Of a DNA stretch of 28,107 nucleotides, positions 17,581-24,343 are shown piece after piece (positions within the stretch are counted from its first letter, which is position 1; each line of letters starts with the position of its first letter). The stretch spans positions 1 through 28,107 of the IMG/VR virus record IMGVR_UViG_3300025270_000064. The stretch is one strand, 5' to 3'. Both the position numbers and the translations under genes were made by a program. Source of the stretch: a virus. Taxonomy: Duplodnaviria > Caudoviricetes. Under the pieces are notes generated by a model. That model saw only the letters and a program-made list of their open reading frames with translations, made no database searches and was not told the DNA's origin.

Positions 17581-17808
17581 GCCCTACCTTTCGTCAAAGC
17601 CAGTACCATTCATAGTCTGACTATTGTCTGTCCATACCTTGAGTTATAGTAAGGATTGTTGCGGCAATATCGGAGAAAATTCGAGGGTAGTATATGCTTG
17701 TCTATTCAAGTTAACCCCTTGTAATCCGACTTCTGACCCTTAAGGCAGTACTAATGCTAGGGTACCTTCTGGGTGATTCTTTTGTCTTTGTTGACATCTG
17801 ATTGCCTA
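17581..17808 (-). ncRNA. ~230-nt structured leader of the packaging/structural arm
   Basis: No sizeable ORF between the promoter and the first gene; stems ACCCU/AGGGU with inner GCA/UGC, UCCUUAC/GUAUGGA, CUACC/GGUAG over the SD. Confidence 0.4.
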
Positions 17809-17813
17809 CTGAA

Positions 17814-17842
17814 AATATATTACGAACAACTTTTTAAGGCAA
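17814..17842 (-). promoter_or_regulatory. Sigma70-like promoter for the leftward arm
   Basis: TTGCCT-17 nt-TATATT. Confidence 0.55.
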
Positions 17843-17985
17843 GTTTTAAAAATTGTGGCATTTTAGTGTGCGGTCTTATCACTAGCCCCTACCCCTTACA
17901 TAAGGGTTTTCGCTATCGCTTTTTCGTTATTTTTGATTTGTATTAATTGGTTTTTCGTCACATTCTAAAAGACTAGGAGGTCTAC

Positions 17986-18276
17986 ATGGATGAACTATTA
18001 GCATTACTTAGAGCTGGTGCTACAATGGCAGGACTTGAAGTAATACGCGTCATGAAACCTGAAGACTTTGAGCTTCGAGTTAAATGCGGTATCATGGATA
18101 TGGAAATACATGAAGCAGCCACATTGCGTACCAAGTTAGCTGGTTTAGCTGACTCAATTGCAAATTGTACGCAAGATCGCACTAAAAAAGGTGACTGGCA
18201 GAATGTTGCTTGGAACCTTGACCCTAATAAAGGTAGTGGTGGTCGTAAAGTATCCAGATCATTTGCTGGATATTAA
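17986..18276 (+). CDS. Hypothetical protein (96 aa), first gene of the rightward arm
   Basis: AGGAGGT SD; followed by a hairpin. Confidence 0.75.
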   Translation: MDELLALLRAGATMAGLEVIRVMKPEDFELRVKCGIMDMEIHEAATLRTKLAGLADSIANCTQDRTKKGDWQNVAWNLDPNKGSGGRKVSRSFAGY

Positions 18277-18286
18277 ATGCTAACCT

Positions 18287-18314
18287 TAAAGGGGGTATTA
18301 ATTTATCCCCTTTA
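18287..18314 (+). terminator. Intrinsic terminator-like hairpin
   Basis: UAAAGGGGGUA-UUAAUU-UAUCCCCUUUA. Confidence 0.6.
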
Positions 18315-18316
18315 TA

Positions 18317-19133
18317 ACCTGTATTGTTGTTGTTTGTACCATAGATGAGTCTATACCAGACAGCATGAGCCAGTAAGCAGACCATTGGTAGTCATGTCAT
18401 AGCTTATAGGTATATATATGCGGTAACTTATACCAAACTGGACTAAGCCAGTATAAATAGATGTTAAGCTTAGTGCGTTAGTACAAATGTACTAGATCAT
18501 ACTCATAGTTATACTATGATTATCTTGGACGAGGTAGTCATAGTTGTATGATATCTCTTCTTGTACTTGTCACCAGCAAATATGGTTGAGATAAAGTATT
18601 AACAGTCTAGTAAGTGTGGTGCTTATTAGGTTGCAGTGAAAGTCTGTACTCTGAGTGATGGCGGGATAAACACGACAATGTTTGCCCCTGCAAATGTACA
18701 AAAGCATGCTGCATGGTTGCCACCTAGCAACACAGGACATGTAGATATGTAAGTAGGTACAGTGCCTGTCATCATTACAGTTTCACTCTTACAAAGGATC
18801 ACCTTGACGTGGTGTAAGAGCTTTTAACTAACGATCCAAAGCGTCCTCCTCTTGGGACATTAAAGTACAAGTGACATATTCTAGTGTAAGTCAATTAAAT
18901 TGCTCTAGATGAGTTGAGGATAACTATCTCGTAAAATAAGTGTTTCTACAAGTCCGTCTCGTTTAGCGGGTAGCTGCAGTAGATACATCGTGCTTTGATC
19001 AAGTTTCTGGAATTAATTACTCTGGATTTAACGGTGGGCGATGAGGGATTTAATCACCCAGAGACGTTGGAAGGACGTTGGTACAGTTGATACAGCTAAG
19101 ATGCCTACACTGTAATACTTTAATCATGTATCT
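18317..19133 (+). ncRNA. ~820-nt non-coding region of consecutive structured RNA modules
   Basis: No ORF of 60 aa or more; more than 15 helices found by eye, many with G-U pairs that only work on the + strand. Confidence 0.65.
18786..18837 (+). ncRNA. Minimal HDV-like (theta-type) ribozyme fold, variant
   Basis: P1 CUCUUAC/GUAAGAG, J1/2 AAA, P2 GGAUC/GAUCC, P3 ACC/GGU, L3 UUGACGU, no P4, J4/2 CUAAC. Confidence 0.55.
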
Positions 19134-19150
19134 TTAGAAGGGAGATTGAC

Positions 19151-19309
19151 ATGAAAGATTGTGAACATAGAATATTTCATATGTCCTGTACTGTATGTTG
19201 GTATAAGATGGCCAAAGGTGTATTTAAGAGATCATCTAAACAATCTAATACTAGTGGTTATGAATTTGTGATAAATGATCCAGATGATGGTAGTTGGAAG
19301 GGGAGATAG
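19151..19309 (+). CDS. 52-aa CxH/CxxC metal-binding protein
   Basis: Not in the track: MKDCEHRIFHMSCTVCWYKMAKG...WKGR; AAGGGAG SD. Confidence 0.65.
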   Translation: MKDCEHRIFHMSCTVCWYKMAKGVFKRSSKQSNTSGYEFVINDPDDGSWKGR

Positions 19310-19311
19310 GT

Positions 19312-19482
19312 ATGGATGATCGAAATGAACAATATCTTGGAGTACACTGGAGTGAAATATATACTGAATGCAAAGAATGTAAAGGCGATGGTAATGATGG
19401 ACATTGTAAGTCATGTGATGGTGAAGGATTAGTATTAGATAAAGACGGTAAGGATTATAAATACTATAAAGGAGGTGAATAA
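19312..19482 (+). CDS. 56-aa protein with DnaJ-type CxxCxGxG zinc finger
   Basis: CKECKGDG...CKSCDGEG; start re-called to ATG 19312 after GGGAG. Confidence 0.7.
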   Translation: MDDRNEQYLGVHWSEIYTECKECKGDGNDGHCKSCDGEGLVLDKDGKDYKYYKGGE

Positions 19483-20015
19483 TGGCTGACAATAGTAAGG
19501 TTGATTTATTATTAAGTCAATTCCCAGTGATTACTCTCAATAGTGGAGTAACAATATGTAATTTCTCATCATTTCATAGTTATTGGTTAAGAACTGACGA
19601 GCACGACACAGTGGGTGAGGTATTACACGGTTGCACCAAGGCAGTAGCTGATAACCATAAGCTTATTACTGAAGAGGTATTAACACCTAGATGGTCAGGA
19701 TTTAGAGTTGAACAGACTAAAGATGCTGATAAACCATTCTTTGAGATGTATGAGCTTGATAGAGATTATTCTGATTGGTTAGATGTAGAGCTGACTCTAT
19801 CTATTGACCTGCATACCATGCAAGATTTACATGTATTGGCTAAAATGAAGGACTTAGATGTAATATTAGTTCCATATCCTATTCAATCTATCTTGAATGA
19901 GAGATGGAGAATAGACAGTAAAAGCTATACGATATGGTGCAAGAGTAGGACTTGTAGAAAGATAGACCCAAGAGATATTACTCAAGGTGTATATTCTGAC
20001 AGGTTCTGTGTATAA
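19482..20015 (+). CDS. Hypothetical protein (177 aa)
   Basis: GGAGGT SD, TAATG coupling. Confidence 0.75.
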   Translation: MADNSKVDLLLSQFPVITLNSGVTICNFSSFHSYWLRTDEHDTVGEVLHGCTKAVADNHKLITEEVLTPRWSGFRVEQTKDADKPFFEMYELDRDYSDWLDVELTLSIDLHTMQDLHVLAKMKDLDVILVPYPIQSILNERWRIDSKSYTIWCKSRTCRKIDPRDITQGVYSDRFCV

Positions 20016-20016
20016 T

Positions 20017-20110
20017 ATAGGCTGCTTGAGGGATGCTCCTTCACCTCTGATTAAACTGAGCGACCTGATGTAACATGCTGTTGAAGGGTCAAATAATTGA
20101 GGCAGTCTAT
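20017..20110 (+). ncRNA. Multi-branch structured RNA (module A)
   Basis: 11-bp closing helix AUAGGCUGCUU/AGGCAGUCUAU with three inner stems. Confidence 0.55.
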
Positions 20111-20132
20111 TTAATTTAAAGGAGTACTTGAA

Positions 20133-20288
20133 GTGGGAAAAGAACTACAAAGTAAACATAGAAAGCTGAGTAAAAGAATGACTCAGAAACAATTGAAATC
20201 AAGACTTGAAAAAATCAAGAAAAGAAGGGAGAAATCAGATTATGACAATAATGGCGTTTATGAAAAAACATCTAGTTCTACCAGGTGA
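20133..20288 (+). CDS. 51-aa basic protein
   Basis: GTG start after AAGGAG; MGKELQSKHRKLSKRMTQKQLKSRLEKIKKRREK... Confidence 0.5.
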   Translation: MGKELQSKHRKLSKRMTQKQLKSRLEKIKKRREKSDYDNNGVYEKTSSSTR

Positions 20289-20400
20289 GTCTTTTATTCA
20301 GGAATATAAAAGTGTATCTCCTAAAGGAAGAGAAGAGTTGAAAGAATACGCACGTGAAGAGATGGAACATAAGGGTATTGAGATAGACGATGATAAATAG
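20242..20400 (+). CDS. Hypothetical protein (52 aa)
   Basis: Start re-called to MTIMAFMKK after AGGGAG. Confidence 0.6.
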   Translation: MTIMAFMKKHLVLPGESFIQEYKSVSPKGREELKEYAREEMEHKGIEIDDDK

Positions 20401-20412
20401 TATTTATTTATA

Positions 20413-20908
20413 AAGACAGCATCCCTCTATATGAGGTCTGTGGAAGTCGGACACAGGTCAGTTGATTTTAGAAACTACTGTGATGAAAATATATGCTGTC
20501 TTATTTGAGTAGTATGTAAGTACCTAACAATCTCTACGAGATGGGGATAGGGTACCATTCAAGTAGAAACCTTTGATAGGGTTTAAAACAAACAGATGTA
20601 CAAATGTATGATGTTTGTCTACATATATTGAATGGACGGTAGTAAAAAAAACACATAGTCTTACTATATCACGCTGTCATGTAGGTTGGATTGACGGATC
20701 CTTCACTTGTGAATCCTACCATATTACTCAATCAATGGGGAGATATATAGGGGCGAGCGCATAGGAAATTTGGAATAGCCAGTAGCACCTTCCAAATATT
20801 TCCCCACAAATTTAAGGGATTAAGTCTGTCAGCATCTGCTTACTCCCTTACCCATAATGTGGTTTTCCACCATAAGTGGATGCTGATAACTTTAACAAAA
20901 AGGGAGTA
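20413..20908 (+). ncRNA. Four back-to-back structured RNA modules (20413-20502, 20505-20731, 20736-20806, 20813-20908)
   Basis: Closing helices AAGACAGCAU/AUGCUGUCUU, UUGAGUAGUAUG/CAUAUUACUCAA, UGGGGAGAUA/UAUUUCCCCA, UAAGGGA/UCCCUUA, separated by 2-6 nt. Confidence 0.7.
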
Positions 20909-20912
20909 TTTC

Positions 20913-21098
20913 ATGAGTAAACGAGCATTAGCTGAATACATTAGGAAATGTATAAAAGAAGCTAAAGATACAGATATGGTTATACCATATAATGGAGTTT
21001 TACCAGACGTTGATTGTTATGAATTTATGTCTAACAATGAAGAATATTGTAATACGAAAATGGAAGAGGGTTGGAAAGTAATAAGAGGAGATAGTTAA
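20913..21098 (+). CDS. Hypothetical protein (61 aa)
   Basis: Start re-called to MSKRALAEY after AAGGGAG. Confidence 0.65.
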   Translation: MSKRALAEYIRKCIKEAKDTDMVIPYNGVLPDVDCYEFMSNNEEYCNTKMEEGWKVIRGDS

Positions 21099-21250
21099 TG
21101 AAGATAAAAGAAGAAATACATGCATATGTCACAATTAATAAATATATGCCAAAGATAGCTGACTGCTTAGAAAGAATAGCTAGTGCTACAACTGTTTTGG
21201 CTTTAAGGAAAGAGTTAGAAGAAAGTAAAGAAGATGATAAAAAAAGCTAA
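21098..21250 (+). CDS. Hypothetical protein (50 aa)
   Basis: Not in the track: MKIKEEIHAYVTINKYMPKIADCLERIASA...; AGGAG SD, TAATG coupling. Confidence 0.6.
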   Translation: MKIKEEIHAYVTINKYMPKIADCLERIASATTVLALRKELEESKEDDKKS

Positions 21251-21425
21251 GTGCAGCATATGCAGCGAAACTATAATGCCTGATCTTGATGGTTGGGATG
21301 GTGGTCATAATGCAGAACCTATTAATAGTGGTAAGTGTTGTGGTTTTTGTAATGCAAGAATCGTAACACCAACACGAATAGTATTGTATTATAAAAAAGA
21401 ATATCCAAAAGGAGAAGTAACATGA
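21234..21425 (+). CDS. Small Cys-rich phage protein (CxxC...NAEP...GKCCxxCN)
   Basis: 63 aa; zinc-finger-like pattern; ATGA overlap with the next gene. Confidence 0.7.
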   Translation: MIKKAKCSICSETIMPDLDGWDGGHNAEPINSGKCCGFCNARIVTPTRIVLYYKKEYPKGEVT

Positions 21426-21859
21426 AAAAGTATCAACAAGGCGATGTTTTATTTGTTGAAGTACCAGAAGGTAAGTGGAATTTTAAACAAGATGGTAATA
21501 AAGAGGTAATGATACCATCAAAACATAAGACAGACAGTCCATACAGAAGTTATGGTCATAAAACTGAAAGTCAATCTACAAAGAATGTCGATGTTATAAC
21601 AGTTGCTCATGGTGAAGCTACTGGACATACACACTCTTTTAGAATGTCACAACAAGCTCCAGGTGTAGCAATAACTGCATATGGTGGAACTAGAACAAGA
21701 GTAGGTGATGTACCTGAATTCATTAAGATTACAGGTAATGCTGCTGTTATTAAGCATGAAGAGCATAATGCTTTAACTATTCCTGCTGGTCATTACAAGG
21801 TTGGCATAGTTAGAGAGTTTGATCATATTTCAGGAACAACAAGATATGTGGTGGATTAA
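21422..21859 (+). CDS. His-rich protein (QGDV / GEATGHTH / HEEH motifs)
   Basis: 145 aa; motifs typical of the small partner gene found next to DUF6745 proteins. Confidence 0.75.
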   Translation: MKKYQQGDVLFVEVPEGKWNFKQDGNKEVMIPSKHKTDSPYRSYGHKTESQSTKNVDVITVAHGEATGHTHSFRMSQQAPGVAITAYGGTRTRVGDVPEFIKITGNAAVIKHEEHNALTIPAGHYKVGIVREFDHISGTTRYVVD

Positions 21860-22851
21860 TGAGTATTCATATTGATAAAAATCATAATCTAGATAAAAGA
21901 GATAAACTACGTGATTTAGCTATTAGTGGAAAGCAAGGAGATGCTCTTTCTTTATATGCTGGATATGGATACAAGCATCTTGCATTTCACTGTGTAAAGA
22001 TGGGATCAAAAACTATAAATGTTTATGGATTTGATAGAGGATGGTATAACAGGATAGATCATAAGATTCCAATTATAAAGATAACTAAAGACTACTTTAC
22101 ATTTATATCAGGTAATTTTAGTCATAGTCGACAACATGGTTATAGACAGATTAAAGATGATACTCCAGGAAATTGGTCATATACTTTCAGAGGATTCTTG
22201 AGTTTAGGTATAATACCTTATTCAGGTCTAAGATATCTGAGAAATGGTACTCTGGTCAATTTTAGTGATAAAGAAGTTGCAACATTTTATCCAATGAAGG
22301 TTGATTGGGATGGTAATCTTTTAAGCAGAATTCCTAAAAAGGTAAGAGCTTATACAGATAAATGCTATAAAGATGATAGAGATATCAAGAATGCAGCTGC
22401 AAGATCTAATTATGGTAATACACGTGTAGTTAGATTAATAAAAGAAGCTAAAGAACTTGGTAATTGGGATAAAGTAAAGCCAATAGATACTTTTAACTTA
22501 ACTAATGTAGCTAAAAGAACTGAACTGATTGAACATTTCGGGATGGAAACTATTCTTGAAAGTGTACCCAATGTATGTATTGATAAAGATGTGATTGATG
22601 GAAGGAAATACGAATTGTTAAGATTCTCTTTCCCTGCAAGCAATATAAGGCAATCAGATACTACTACAATCCCAGCAACATATCTAAAGATGATTAATCC
22701 ATCTACAGGTGAAACATGTGTTGAAGGTGTACCCAATAATGCAGGAAAAAGTTGGAGTAGGGATATTACAATGAATACCGTTAAAGAAGCTTTGGCTTGG
22801 AGAGATGGTGACCTTGATAATGTCTATTTAGAACCAGTTGCATTAACATAA
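21859..22851 (+). CDS. Protein with C-terminal DUF6745-like domain
   Basis: 330 aa; RTELIEHFG...YLKMINPSTGE...GVP...TVKEALAW. Confidence 0.6.
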   Translation: MSIHIDKNHNLDKRDKLRDLAISGKQGDALSLYAGYGYKHLAFHCVKMGSKTINVYGFDRGWYNRIDHKIPIIKITKDYFTFISGNFSHSRQHGYRQIKDDTPGNWSYTFRGFLSLGIIPYSGLRYLRNGTLVNFSDKEVATFYPMKVDWDGNLLSRIPKKVRAYTDKCYKDDRDIKNAAARSNYGNTRVVRLIKEAKELGNWDKVKPIDTFNLTNVAKRTELIEHFGMETILESVPNVCIDKDVIDGRKYELLRFSFPASNIRQSDTTTIPATYLKMINPSTGETCVEGVPNNAGKSWSRDITMNTVKEALAWRDGDLDNVYLEPVALT

Positions 22852-22860
22852 TAAGGCATG

Positions 22861-22890
22861 GGAGTAGGCTGATTATTCTAGCTTACTCCC
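22861..22890 (+). terminator. Hairpin between the early genes and the recombination module
   Basis: GGGAGUAGGCU ... AGCUUACUCCC (11 bp); lacks a U-tract. Confidence 0.5.
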
Positions 22891-22959
22891 TCGCTAAATC
22901 GTAGATTTATGGTCGATCTTTTGACTATTTATCTCTCAAAATAGAAGGAGGAGGATTTA

Positions 22960-23721
22960 ATGGATAAGATCCTAATGTTCGATACAGAACATGGTTCCCA
23001 CACCCTTGGTGGAGAAGCTGAAATACAGGAAATGTTTAACTGTCCAGTTTTAAAACCAGCTCAATTCAATGACTTCAGAAACATTATAACTTCAATGTAC
23101 ACTACCAAAAAGGTAGAAGTTTCAAAGAAGATATCAGATGATCTTGTAATAAATGAGATTCAAGAACATACTGTCTTAAAGAATGGTGTTAATGTAGATG
23201 TTTTGATTATTGATTCATTTTCTGAATTAGCAAAGAAATATCAAAGGTCATTAGTTGATAAAAGTGGAGTAATGAAACTGAATTCATGGGGCAAATTGAA
23301 GAATACTCTTGATACGCTGCTTGAATTCATTACTAAAGTTCCTGGTGTACTAGTTGTAACATGCCATAGTAAGACTGAAACCCTTGAAGATGGAAGAACA
23401 AAGATTAAGCCATATATAGATGGCAGTACTAAAGAAGATGTAAGTAAATGGTTTGATTTTGTGCTGTATACCTATACGAAGAAGAATGGTGCTTCAGAAG
23501 ATTATATGTGGAGGACCAAACATTCTGACATATATGAGCATGCTAAAGATAGAACCGATCTTTTGCCATCTGATATAAAGCAAGATTTTCAGCCTGTAAT
23601 TGCAGCTGCCTTAGAAAAAGGATTCTCAAATGCGAGAATACTGGTAGTTGGAAGTCCAGGTACTGGAAAAACAAAAAGCCTAGCTACTTTAATTAATAAA
23701 GGAGAAACAAATGGCAATTAA
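22960..23721 (+). CDS. Sak4-like / AAA_24 ATPase (single-strand annealing), circularly permuted
   Basis: MFDTEHG, LIIDSFSEL, WG, VVTCH, WFDFV, AKDR motifs; Walker A GSPGTGKT near the C-terminus. Confidence 0.8.
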   Translation: MDKILMFDTEHGSHTLGGEAEIQEMFNCPVLKPAQFNDFRNIITSMYTTKKVEVSKKISDDLVINEIQEHTVLKNGVNVDVLIIDSFSELAKKYQRSLVDKSGVMKLNSWGKLKNTLDTLLEFITKVPGVLVVTCHSKTETLEDGRTKIKPYIDGSTKEDVSKWFDFVLYTYTKKNGASEDYMWRTKHSDIYEHAKDRTDLLPSDIKQDFQPVIAAALEKGFSNARILVVGSPGTGKTKSLATLINKGETNGN

Positions 23722-24265
23722 AACAGTAACAATTGGCTCTGGTGGTGCAGATTATGAAGCTGGTTGGAAACAGTTAACCATAAAGAATGCCAAATATGAT
23801 AACTACAATGGTAATAAGTTTGTAGATATTTGGTTCGAGGATTATCCAGATAATATGAATGCTCGTGTATATGAGACCATTAACAAGACTACCAAAGAGG
23901 AATTTAGAATTTCTAATTGGTTTAGGTTTGCTAATGCTGGTATACTTGAAGTCATTGATAATGGATCTGGTAAACCAGTCATAAAGTATGATGATGATAC
24001 AGAAAATCTCAGTGGAAAAGAAATTAATGTTCTATTCTACCGAGAGAATACAGGAGATGGTGAATATGCCCGTATATGGCGTGAACCAGCTCCAGTTATG
24101 ATGGAGACAGATGAATTGTCATATACAGAGAAAGACGTATCTTTTTGGAAGACTCGTTCCGAAAGGAGTCTTAGTTCCTGGCAAGCAACGAATGGACAAA
24201 CTAAAACCTCAATGGATGCTACTGCACAAAGTGTGACAGATCCTCCTGAGAAAGCACCATTCTAG
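23711..24265 (+). CDS. ssb: Single-stranded DNA-binding protein (Sak4-associated)
   Basis: 184 aa directly after Sak4; aromatic-rich beta core; flexible tail ending in PF. Confidence 0.6.
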   Translation: MAIKTVTIGSGGADYEAGWKQLTIKNAKYDNYNGNKFVDIWFEDYPDNMNARVYETINKTTKEEFRISNWFRFANAGILEVIDNGSGKPVIKYDDDTENLSGKEINVLFYRENTGDGEYARIWREPAPVMMETDELSYTEKDVSFWKTRSERSLSSWQATNGQTKTSMDATAQSVTDPPEKAPF

Positions 24266-24280
24266 CTTTCAAATAACACT

Positions 24281-24328
24281 AAAGGTTGATAGATGTCAGT
24301 CTAGATTGATGTTTATCAACCTTTTTTT
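24281..24328 (+). terminator. 20-bp hairpin plus U-tract
   Basis: AAAGGUUGAUAGAUGUCAGU-CUAG-AUUGAUGUUUAUCAACCUUU-UUUU. Confidence 0.75.
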
Positions 24329-24343
24329 ATGTAAGGAGGAAAA

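Noticed and set aside
17768-19062. 11-bp inverted repeat TCTGGGTGATT / AATCACCCAGA flanking the strand switch
   Set aside because: One 11-mer match within ~1.5 kb is near chance expectation; no recombinase in the window.
18300-20910. tRNA, tmRNA, CRISPR array, or group I/II intron in the non-coding region
   Set aside because: No GTTCRA T-arm with acceptor stem, no regularly spaced direct repeats, no group I P7/S or group II domain V consensus. GTGCG at 18473 and GAATCCTACCA at 20711 are isolated matches.
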